DNA of 63,979 bases, the filler included, from Octopus bimaculoides (lineage: Eukaryota), in the NCBI RefSeq assembly GCF_001194135.2. It is 7 parts of 5 records of this genome, joined end to end, with 100 filler letters (N's around TTAATTAATTAA, not from the genome) between each part and the next. Parts side by side here need not be neighbours in the genome. Positions count along the whole stretch, not along the records: positions 1 to 20,342 come from NC_068996.1; positions 20,443 to 36,249 come from NC_068996.1; 5 more parts are not named here. One strand, 5' to 3'. The position numbers and the translations under genes are program-made. How positions within the stretch are numbered: the stretch's first letter is position 1; each line of letters begins with the position of its first letter. The notes beneath the pieces were generated by a model. It had not been told where the DNA came from. It searched no databases and saw only the letters and a program-made list of their open reading frames with translations. This document shows, piece by piece, positions 12,725-23,868 of the stretch.

Positions 12725-14093
12725 TTTATTTAAAAGCATCAGAAATATAACAAAAGCTGTTACTCAGAGTTTCACGTTCTCGTTCGTCGGACAGGCTTTG
12801 TTAAAATGCGCCAAGTAAGCTATCGTCCAATCTCACTCACCTCACATATCATTAAAATATGTGAGAGACTGTTGAGATCAAGAATAACAGCCTTCCTAGA
12901 GCAAAATCATATTCTAAATTGCAACCATCATGGTTTTTTGTGGTGGGAAGGACTAAGACAGCTCCTCCACCACTTTGATGACATCTTAAATGCACTAAGT
13001 GAGGGCTCCAGCGACGATGTCATATCAAGGCCTCTGACAGAGTCGACCACAATATACTGTTAAGGAAACTATCCAATGCTACTTCAATGGATTAAGTATT
13101 TTCTAACAAACAAGACCCAGCATGTGGTTGATGGCATCCACTCGTGACCAGCAAAAGTCATCAGCTGAGCCCGGCAGGGTTGTGTGCTGGGTCCACTTCT
13201 TTCTTTTTTTTTTTGTCTATATCAATGACATTGCTTCAATCGGACCTATACGCAGTAACCCAATGGGCACAAAAAACAATATGCAGCTGAACGAAGAAAA
13301 ATTCGAGCTTATCCGCTTTGGAAAAGAAGGCACACTCAAACAACCATATACACTACCGTCGGGAAACCAACTTGAACCGTCGGATAATATCAGAGACATA
13401 GGTGTAACTATCAAAAGCAACCTTAGCTGGAGTGTGCACATCAACAAAAAAGTCGAATGCTGCTGGCAGAATGTGCTCATGGATCCTCAGAACTTTTCAA
13501 TCTAGGGATCAGGAAACCATCATCCTTCTCTTCTTCACATTCACTAGGACCCCACCTCGAATACTGCTGTCCATTGTGGTCCCCCTAAAAAAAAAAACAA
13601 GACGTAATGAGGATGGAAGCGCCACAAACATCAATCACTATAAAAAATAAACGGCATGAAGGGACTTGATAATTGGGCATGACTTAAACAGCTGAAACTC
13701 TATTCTCTGCAATGCCGCCGTGAGCGACACATTATTTGCACCATGGGGGAAATATTCCGCCAATTTCTCACAATACCAAATTAAATCGGTATTGTGTTTA
13801 CAATTCACCCTTGTGCAATGTGTCCCCTACAGAGGTCAAGATCACATCACATAAGAACATTGGGACATAGTTTCTTCTGCAAGTGGTCCTGTTCTTTTCA
13901 ATGTTATACCAAAAAGACCCCACAACTTTCAAACGTTACTTGGGCAAATTCCTCTAGAAAATACCTGGACACGTCTCAGCCAATAACAACTTTCTGCTTG
14001 GTGTCCGAAATAATTAATTAAAACACTCTTCCACGTGGTGCTATTGAGTTAGTCATGGCCTGGGCCGATAATGGCCGAAACCAATCTAAATGT
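11630..14093 (+). mobile_element. Degenerate CR1/L2-group LINE ORF2 (end of endonuclease, reverse transcriptase, 3' UTR)
   Basis: Frameshifted motifs: MDLVLSNHANII, KPDSAVGPDRFPARVLK, YRPISLTSHIIKICERL, VYINDI, NMQLNEEKFELIRFG, IRDIGVTIKSNLSWSVHI, GRMCSWILRTF. The 3' tail occurs twice (12570-12690 and ~13980-14093). Confidence 0.85.
12753..12799 (-). ncRNA. Minimal type I hammerhead ribozyme-like motif (U4C variant)
   Basis: Minus strand: AAAGCCUGU-CCGACGA-ACG(AGAA)CGU-GAAA-CUCUGAG-UA-ACAGCUUU. Stems I and II pair; core differs from CUGANGA by one base. Confidence 0.5.
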
Positions 14094-14116
14094 TATATGT
14101 GTGTGTGTGTGTGTGT

Positions 14117-14157
<41 letters not shown>

Positions 14158-14170
14158 CGCGTGTATTAAT

Positions 14171-17100
14171 ATTATCTTGGTTGAAAAACTTCGATAATGC
14201 AAATATGTTAATAGATACCAAGGTAGCAACAATCACACAGAAACTGGGATATTATACCTGGATAAGGGGTAGAAATTCCATGTTAAAATGATATATTTTG
14301 AGTTGATATAAAGAATAATAATAAATGGAGCAAAATGCATATAATCAATAAGTTCCTTTAATTCCTACACATGTTTCAAAAATTATATGCACACTACTCC
14401 AAAGAAATAAGAGATGCTGGTGTATACATATAATCAGGGAATTACTGAAAAAAGAAATAGAAAAAATATAAAATTACCAATAGAAATATACTCCGGAAAG
14501 CTAACCTGGAAGCTAAAAAAATTATGACCAAATTTAACCTGCAAAATAGAACTGAACCTTTGGACCCTAAACAGCCTCGCTTTGTTCTTAATGGCCACAA
14601 AAAAACTTTGAACCAACCCTTCTCTACGCCTAACTTGTCCCTCTAGATCAGACATAGGCGTACTTAGCAAAAACATTCTAGATAAATACATACCTACAAT
14701 AGTAGATAAGTTAAAACTAAGACTATGGTCAAATTCATCACAAGTAATAGAATGTTTTAGTTCAATACAAGAGTATTACTAAATTTATACAGTTCGACAT
14801 CTCTAATTTCTACTCATCAATTAACCCCATAATACTTAACAAGGCACTCTGGTTCACAAATAATAAGGCAGGTCTCTCTTGGGACGAAATTAGTGTAATA
14901 TTATAAAATTTCATAATAAGTTATGTATACGTAAGGATACTCCAGAGGCTTTCGACGTCCCTATGGGAAGTTCGGATTCAGCTCAAGTAACTGACATTGT
15001 TCGTATATAGTATATGAACTGGCAGACCAATTCCCAAATATTAATGGTGGTCTATACAGAGATGATTGTCTGCTATACCTCCAAAATGTCACTACCCAGC
15101 ACATCCAAAAGGTTAAAAATAGATTAGTTAGATTCTTCCGGAGAATGGGTTTTGGCATCGTGTTTGAGGATGACGTCTCCGTAGCTAACTTCCTAGATGT
15201 AACTTTAGACTTACATAGCAATACACACTTTCCATACCATAAACCATCAACGAATCTTAGGTACATAAGTCCTTTTAGTAACCACCCAAGGTCAAGTTCA
15301 GAGTATTTCACTTAGACTGTCTAAACTTTCCTCTAACTCCCACATTTTCAATGAAGAGGCTAACTTTTATAATTCAGCCTTATTAAAGGCAGGTTACAAA
15401 GACAAAGTACGATACATCAATTCATTTAGTGATCTTTCAACATTTGTACAGCAAGATATTAGCACTACTAGCAGGGATAAATTCAATTCTACTTCTTCCC
15501 CTTCTCGCTTTACTGAGAAAGAGGCACTTACTTATAATCGTTCACACAAAAGAGGAGGCTTAACCGACTCTAAACACCTTAATAAAAACAAAAAATTTAA
15601 ATTCTTTAGCAATACCCACACGCACCTAAATCTGATGACAGCATCTGGTTCATCGTCCCATTTGGGAAACAAATTAAATCCAATTTGGTATTGCAGTTCT
15701 ATGACGCGGTGAATAAGAACTTTCCTAGTAGTTCTCACTATTACCCAATCATCAACACACACAAGGTTAAATTTGGGTTTTCTTATCTCTTTTAATTTGT
15801 CCATCATACTGCTTCCACTACCTATACACATAGGTTTTTTCTATTATTTTATTTTTAAAATTTTTTAAAATTATTTATTCATTCATTTATTAATTTACTT
15901 ATCTTTTAATAGTAATAAAAAATTTATTATAACATATCCATCTCCTTAATAATAATATTAATAATAATAACAATAATAGTAATAATAATAAATTTATTTT
16001 TTATATTTATGATAATAATAATAATAACAATAATAAGAATAAGAATATTATAATATTATCTAAAATAACAATTATATCTAACTCCAACGCCAGTTGATCC
16101 CACTCTCTCTCCTTCTCAAGTTATTACAGTTAGTTTAACTCCCGTAAAGTTATATTCATAGAGTTTTAAGTATATTTACGTATATACTATCGATTTTGTT
16201 ATCATAAATAAGTTTATAAAGTAAATTTCATGCTAACTACCCTTCGTTCATCTCCCCCAAATCCTCCTAAATCCATGTTTCAATTATTTCTTTATCTATA
16301 AGTATTTTTTTTAAAGATATATTGATACTTGTACTTTATCTCAATATTCTATCCTACTTTTACATCTACTTCTATTAATATTCCTCTGTGCTACAAAGTA
16401 ATATGCAAAGTAGCACGTTTTTTCCTGACGGGATATTATGTTTTAGTTTTAGTTAGACAAGTATTCCAATATTAGTTTAAATATGTATTCATTGCATACG
16501 TATTCTTTTATTAATTTACGATATTGCACTAAGTATTGCCATTTATTTAGATTAGTTACTGTATCTTACTACGATGTAATATCAATGGTTATCCCCCATT
16601 GTAAGTTCATCTCTACTCTCTTTACTCCTTAAGTTTGCAGGGTTGTTTTTTTACTCCACATATAGTCATATTTATATAGTTCACACATATCTTTATGTAT
16701 ATACTAAAGTTCTTGCTATCGTAAGTCATTTTGCATAATAAATTTCATGCTTATTCCCCTTCATTCACCTTTCTCGAATCAAGCTTTATTTCACTTCTTT
16801 TTTTATCTATTAGAATATTCTAAGATATCTTTCTAATCGTACTTTCTTCTATACTATGTCCAATATTCACTCCTATTTTTCATTAATATACCTCTATGCT
16901 ATATAGTAATATATAAGAAGCACGTTTCTCTCTGGCGGGATATAATACGTTAGTTTATCATGATTTAAAATATTACACCTAATAGGGATTTTTGCATATA
17001 CATTTACCTACGTTATGTATTCTTTTATTATTTCATTACCTTATAGTTTTGTACAATATATTGCCATTTATTTAGGTTAATTACCGTAACTTAATATGAT

Positions 17101-17744
17101 ACAACATTAATGGTTACTTATATTTACAATCCATCTTTAATGTACTTCCTTCTAAACGTTTATTCACGTAATTAGTCGAATATGAAAATTTACTCTTCAC
17201 ACAAATCCATTGGATTCTCTCCCTTTCTCCTTCCACTTACAAAATTTTTTTTATTACCATTATTATTAATTTTAAGAATTCTCTGCGGTTCATTATGTCT
17301 TCTTTTAATTTAAACTCTTAGTAAAGCTTTCATAGCCTCTCTCCCAAAACAGCTCCCTGTAAACTAGCGCTCTTATTTCTAACGGTCATTTAACTTAGCT
17401 ATATAGTGTTATTCCTCGTACGTAATCTTAGCATTCAGCACAAGTCTTGCATTTGTAAAATGGTTCCACTGATGATATAGTTATATGTATAAACCGGCAT
17501 CTCTTATTCCTTTGGAGTAGTGTGCATATAATTTTTGAAACATGAGTAGGAATTAAAGGAACTTATTGATTATATGCGTTTTGCTCCATTTATTATCATT
17601 CTTTATATCAACTCAAAATACATCACTTTAACATGGAATTTCTACCCTTTAACCAGGTATAATATCCCAGTTTCTGTGTGATTTTTTGCTACCTTGGTAA
17701 TTATTAGCATATTTGCATTATCGAAGTTTTTCAACCAAGATAAT
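14171..17744 (+). mobile_element. Penelope-like retroelement with inverted terminal pLTR-type repeats
   Basis: RT remnants 14480-15830: RLTCPSRSDIGVLSKNILDK, FIQFDISNFYSSI, PMGSSDSAQVTD, GGLYRDD, NFLDVTLDL, IWFIVPFGKQIKSN. ~262-bp inverted repeats at 14171-14432 and 17483-17744. Confidence 0.85.
16223..17120 (+). repeat. Diverged direct duplication, 517-bp period, inside the Penelope-like element
   Basis: AAATTTCATGCT at 16223 and 16740, with downstream shared blocks (AGCACGTTT...CGGGATAT; TATTGCCATTTATTTAG). Confidence 0.65.
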
Positions 17745-18098
17745 NNNNNNNNNNNNNNNNNNNNNNNNNNNNNNNNNNNNNNNNNNNNNNNNNNNNNNNN
17801 NNNNNNNNNNNNNNNNNNNNNNNNNNNNNNNNNNNNNNNNNNNNNNNNNNNNNNNNNNNNNNNNNNNNNNNNNNNNNNNNNNNNNNNNNNNNNNNNNNNN
17901 NNNNNNNNNNNNNNNNNNNNNNNNNNNNNNNNNNNNNNNNNNNNNNNNNNNNNNNNNNNNNNNNNNNNNNNNNNNNNNNNNNNNNNNNNNNNNNNNNNNN
18001 NNNATATACACACACATATATATACACACACATATATATACACACACACACATATATATACACACACACACAGACATATATATACACACACACACACA

Positions 18099-18148
<50 letters not shown>

Positions 18149-18177
18149 TATATATGTATATATAAAGAAAACTACTA

Positions 18178-18233
18178 GGTGGACGGCTAATGTGCTAGAA
18201 GATCACATTCTTCTAGCACATTAGCCGTCCACC
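18178..18233. repeat. Perfect 25-bp stem hairpin with 6-nt loop
   Basis: GGTGGACGGCTAATGTGCTAGAAGA-TCACAT-TCTTCTAGCACATTAGCCGTCCACC. Confidence 0.95.
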
Positions 18234-18253
18234 TTAGTGGTCTCCTTTATACA

Positions 18254-19826
18254 CTAGCAGTATAACCCGACGTTGTCCGGGTGTGACTTATTACGCCATC
18301 TACGATAAGTCTTGCTTGGTGAAAATCAACTAAAAAAGAAAGCCTTACAACGAAAAAATCCTTATGATGTAAATATGTTCATAATTCAAAAGACGATGAA
18401 ATTAATAGGGAAAGTCTGAAGGCTGTTTTGCGTAACATTATTAAATGTACGTGAACTTCATCCGTCTAATTGGCTATACAAATGCTTGTGCAAAACAAAC
18501 TTTTTGCGCTGCCCTGATTATACATAGCAGGATAATTTCTTTTCGCAGGAGCTAGGACGGCAATTTCTGATGAAGCAATTGCTGGCGATCTGTTACTACA
18601 CAGTTCTGCCAGAATTCTATCAGATTGGGCAGAAGATGTTGATGCACCATTTTGCATTATGTTCAAAGTAGCTTCTGGAATGTGGTGAATTGCTGCAGTC
18701 TGTTGCTGTCTTTTGAAACCGGTGGCTTTCTTTCCCCAGCAATCTTTCTTCTTTAGAGGCATAATCTATGTACACATTAAACAGAACAACAAAAGTTATA
18801 CCAGATGGCAGGGACGGTAGTTTTCACATTTCGGTAATTTTTCAGATTAACACCCGTACGATTACCTAACCCTAACCCTGACCCTAAAACCGTAACCGTA
18901 ACACTAACCCTAACCATAACCGTAACCCTAAAACCCTAACCCTAACACCCTAGTGAAAATCGCGCGGGTGTTAATCTGAAAAATTACCCACATTTCTCAT
19001 GAAGTTCACTGATTTGCAATGTGTTGTCCATAAGCTCGGTAGTTTGTATATTTACAAAACATTGACGGACATGAGTTATATTGTAGTGAATGCTTGTGTG
19101 TACGTGCGCGTGTATGCGTTTGAGAGAGCGAGAGAGAAGAGGGAGAGAGGAAGAAAGGGGAGAAAGGAATAGAGAACGGGAGAAAGGAATAGAGAACGGG
19201 AGCAATGAAGAGAGAGAAAGAGAGGAAGGGAGGACGGAAGACAGTTATAAATTAGCAATGCGTGCGCGTGTTTATATAAGACACACACACAAACTAAATC
19301 TTATATCTATAATTTTGATGTGTTTATGTGTATGTTGTTGTCACAGATCACGTATGTGTGGTTGTGTGTGTTTTTACGTTTCTATGTTATGAAAAATATG
19401 TTAAAGGTAGAGGGATAGAAGAAAGCTATTAAATGGGAGAAGGAAGAAGAACGAAGTAAGTGTGAAAAGGTAGAAGGAAAGAATAGTCTTAAAGCAAGTT
19501 AATCTATGACTTTGTATGTATCGCTTTCTCTCTCCCTCTCTTTCTCTTACTCTCTATATTATATGTTAAGCGCGTGATCGATGTGTAAGAACGCCGATAC
19601 AGGTTGAAGGGAAGAAATGTAAAAGTTGCTAGAAACAACAGCCAAATATCCCTTAAATCACACAAAGTAAACGGAATTTAAAAAATCTAATAACTGCACT
19701 GGAAAGTTCACATCGAGAGAATTCCATTGATGTAAAAAATTTTACGAAAAAGTGAAAAATGTGGATTTCTATAAACTTTTAAAAAGGCTTCACACAGATA
19801 CACAACTTCAGCTTTATATATTAAGA
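18254..19826 (-). mobile_element. Non-autonomous Helitron with both canonical termini
   Basis: Minus-strand 5' end A|TCTTAATATATAAAGCTG at 19826 and 3' end CCCGGACAACGTCGGG-TTATACTG-CTAG|T at 18254. Internal ORF 18466-18762 starts MPLKKK and contains GSAKSLF, resembling RepHel N- and C-terminal motifs. Pairing of the two termini into one element is inferred. Confidence 0.65.
18833..18988. mobile_element. Merlin-like MITE containing telomeric (TAACCC)n repeats
   Basis: 31-bp TIRs starting GGTAA (18833-18863 / 18958-18988, 2 mismatches); 8-bp TSD CACATTTC (18825-18832 / 18989-18996); interior is mostly TAACCC variants. Confidence 0.8.
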
Positions 19827-20463
19827 TGGGCAACATACACACACACATACACACTAAATTTTAAAAAATGACAGGTATTTGTACATGTCTATTAATGTGT
19901 ATTCTGTGTCTCTATATACATATGGTAGTAAGTAAATGCGTTTTAAGAAAGATATTCAGAACATTCAGTTTGTAAGGAATAAATGTTTGACTGTCGATCG
20001 TATTTGGAAGAGAGTGACAGGTATTTGTATGTATGTGTTTATTTCTATGTATGTGTGTATTTGTACGTATGTGTGTATGAGTGTGTATTCAAAAACATCT
20101 ATATTTACACTTTAAAGTTGGCTTTCACACTCAACCCTGTTCTACAGAATCAGTGTCGCGACGGAAGGTTTGTACCCATCTGTACGTTCTGAGTTCAAAT
20201 TCCGCCGAAGTCGACTTTGGCTTTCATCCTTTCGTGGTCTAAAAAATAAGTACCAGTTGAACACAAGGGTTGATATAATCGACTATTCTCCACCTGCCCC
20301 ACGCCGCCCTTGTAGGAAAAATTTAAAATAATAATAATAATANNNNNNNNNNNNNNNNNNNNNNNNNNNNNNNNNNNNNNNNNNNNTTAATTAATTAANN
20401 NNNNNNNNNNNNNNNNNNNNNNNNNNNNNNNNNNNNNNNNNNATATATATATATATATATATA

Positions 20464-22033
20464 GTAGCAGAGATACCCGGCATTGCCTGTGTTACATGCA
20501 ATTGAAGAATTAGACTTTTCTGTTATATTTTTCTCTAATGAACTGGAATACCTATGATTCGAATTTCATCAAAATTGCAGATGAGGGTTCTTTCCCTCTT
20601 TACACACCCTAAAAAATTCCAATCATGACACATGTATCCCATACTACTGATCATTATGTGCAGATTCCAAAATTCCAGTCTTATGGAACCTGTTAAAAGG
20701 ATTTTGCTCCTGAGAATGGAGGTCATGGAGCTCTAAAATGTGGGAGTTAAGCCCCCTATTGGGGGTGGATGTCTTAATGTAAACCAGAGAAGTTGAATTG
20801 TTGAGAATCTTTTTAACTTGGGTTTTATATGTATTGTTTGAATTTCTTTGAAATAGGAAATATATGTATGTTCACTGGGGTTTGTAAAAGAGAGCAAAGC
20901 TACAGGAAACCAAGAGATGAATGATCACAATAAGCAGTTAGCTACCCTACCCTACCCGTTACTACTCCCCAATGTAGAATTCCTCACCATTCAGGTGACA
21001 GGCACAGCCGTAAGATGCATTACGGATCTATAGCAATTGGAAGGGCGTGACCCAACTCAAACATTAACAACTGTGTGATGTGAGGGGTGAGGGGAAATGA
21101 AAGTGTCACCTTTGGGGGTTTGCAAATGACCACTATACCGATAGGTAACAGGACAGAATAAATTTACAATCTATAAATGTCTTTCAATAACCAGTCACTC
21201 ATCTGGGAAGGCCTTGAAATCAATGTTACCATCGGGGACTATATATGACCCAGTGATAATAAAAAGACTCAAAGGAAGTCTGCAACCAAATAACTTTACT
21301 GAACATTTTGCAACTGAATCAGTGGAGGCAAAGATGCCTCTCCTTTACTTGACAATTTATGCACCACATTGCAGAAATCACAATCTAAGTATATCTCAAA
21401 GCAAACTCTTACACTGTTGTACCATTGAATTACAAACAATGCTCATCTTGTATGCTCGGATGACTCTACAGATTCCAAGACTACAATTGTATTCGTCTTG
21501 GCTTAGGAAAAATAACTAAATTGTGGGAGTTAAGCCCCCATTAAGGGGTCTTACTAACTCCTAAGAAGTTGAAATTTTAGGAATATTCATTTGTGTCTAA
21601 TATCTATGGTTAAAATTTTATCAACAGCAAAAATATATGAATGTTCATGGGGGTTATGGCCGTTATGCATAGAATATAATTTCGAAATTTCATAAAGATC
21701 CATTCATTACTTTTGACGTAGTTTTGTATCATAAAAAATGACTTAAAATTTGGGAATTAAGGTCTCCATTCTGGGGTGGGGGTCATAGAATCCTTATGAG
21801 AAGTGCTTCTTGTGATCATTCGTCTTTTGGAATCTGCGCATAAAGATCATTAGCATGGGATACATGTGTCATGATTAGAATTTTTTTAGGGTGTGTAAAG
21901 AGGGAAAGAACCCTCATCTGCAATTTTGATGAAATTCGAAATCATAGGTATTCCAGTTCATTAGAGAAAATATAACAGAAAAGTTTAATTCTTCAATTGC
22001 ATGTAACACGGGCAACGCCGGGTATCTCTGGTA

Positions 22034-22034
<1 letters not shown>
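20464..22034. mobile_element. 1.57-kb element with ~209-bp inverted arms, each ending in a Helitron 3' terminus
   Basis: 20464-20672 is the reverse complement of 21825-22034; both end GCAA(C/T)GCCGGG-TATCTCTG-(CTAC/GTAG) facing outward into (AT)n tracts. Confidence 0.8.
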
Positions 22035-22067
<33 letters not shown>

Positions 22068-23681
22068 TAGTATATATATATAAATATATATATATAATCC
22101 ACATTTACATACGTAAATAATACAAACACGCATACACGCACAGACACTCTCTGATAAGCACATACAGCCCAGACGTATATGTATGTGTATGTGTATGTTT
22201 GTGGGGGCGGGGGCTGTGCGTGTGTGTATGAACATGTATGTGTGCATGTGTACCCTGGTACGTTCTTTCTGGAGCCCCTTCGCCACTGAATAAATAAATA
22301 AACAATTTTGAACTCTTTTTCTCAGATCCTACCGTACAACATTAATCTATTTATACAATATTCACAAGGCCCTTTCCAAACGATTAAAAAGATGAACCCA
22401 TTAAACTTTCGGTGTTTTTAGGTGTTGGATGGGTGGGACACGGGGTGGGCGGGCGGTTGCAGAAGGATGTGATAGAGATATATGTTGAACCTGAATAAGG
22501 GGCCAACTAGACACGTAGAAAGCATTTNNNNNNNNNNNNNNNNNNNNNNNNNNNNNNNNNNNNNNNNNNNNNNNNNNNNNNNNNNNNNNNNNNNNNNNNN
22601 NNNNNNNNNNNNNNNNNNNNNNNNNNNNNNNNNNNNNNNNNNNNNNNNNNNNNNNNNNNNNNNNNNNNNNNNNNNNNNNNNNNNNNNNNNNNNNNNNNNN
22701 NNNNNNNNNNNNNNNNNNNNNNNNNNNNNNNNNNNNNNNNNNNNNNNNNNNNNNNNNNNNNNNNNNNNNNNNNNNNNNNNNNNNNNNNNNNNNNNNNNNN
22801 NNNNNNNNNNNNNNNNNNNNNNNNNNNNNNNNNNNNNNNNNNNNNNNNNNNNNNNNNNNNNNNNNNNNNNNNNNNNNNNNNNNNNNNNNNNNNNNNNNNN
22901 NNNNNNNNNNNNNNNNNNNNNNNNNNNNNNNNNNNNNNNNNNNNNNNNNNNNNNNNNNNNNNNNNNNNNNNNNNNNNNNNNNNNNNNNNNNNNNNNNNNN
23001 NNNNNNNNNNNNNNNNNNNNNNNNNNNNNNNNNNNNNNNNNNNNNNNNNNNNNNNNNNNNNNNNNNNNNNNNNNNNNNNNNNNNNNNNNNNNNNNNNNNN
23101 NNNNNNNNNNNNNNNNNNNNNNNNNNNNNNNNNNNNNNNNNNNNNNNNNNNNNNNNNNNNNNTTTATCGTTGAGCTTTTGTAAGGAACCTCGCAGTAAAT
23201 AAGCTATAAATTTTGACGAACGTAAATATCATAGAGAGAAGACGGTAGATTAGGAATCACGTGGTCAGTGAGCCACGAAACACCAACGCGATCTCCTTTG
23301 TTTTACTGTGTACGAAGAAGAAGTATGATGTATTCATACCTGTTCTAAGTTCATACCTGTTCAGAGGGTGTATGTATGTGTACATGTGTACGCGCGTGAG
23401 TCTATGTGTATATGTAGACATGTGCGTGTGTATATATATATATATTGAGAAAAAAAGTAGTCAGAATTTTGGAAAACAATCTTTTTATTTCTTCATTATT
23501 ATTAACGCTTTCATTCCTTTCTTGAACTTGTCAAACAGAATTTTGTGAATGTACAAACAGCTTGTTCATTTATATAAAAACAGATGTTTTTTGTGGGGTT
23601 TGTTTGGAAGAGAACATTGTTTTTGTTTTTCGGGGCGCGGTTCCAAGACAATGGAGATGGATAGATAGAAATATAGATAGG

Positions 23682-23683
23682 CT

Positions 23684-23731
<48 letters not shown>

Positions 23732-23766
23732 CATACATACATACATACATACATACATACATACAT
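23682..23766. repeat. Compound (GATA)n(CATA)n microsatellite, representative of many CA, AT, AG, GATA and TATG tracts
   Basis: Directly visible; similar tracts at 1-27, 14097-14164, 26630-26985, 43190-43256 and 62055-62120. Confidence 0.95.
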
Positions 23767-23837
23767 AGTCAGACAGATAGACAGATGGGTAGTGGGTAAG
23801 AGTGAGAGAAGGGGGTATTGACCTTCCTATTCACCAT

Positions 23838-23868
<31 letters not shown>

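Noticed and set aside
17642-18224. Long ORFs of CV, HT, YI, RE or X repeats throughout the ORF track
   Set aside because: Translations of microsatellites and N gaps.
20387-20398. TTAATTAATTAA islands inside N runs (also 36294, 46768, 52143, 60458, 62775)
   Set aside because: An identical 12-mer with stops in all frames, centred in N gaps: an assembly spacer, not biology.
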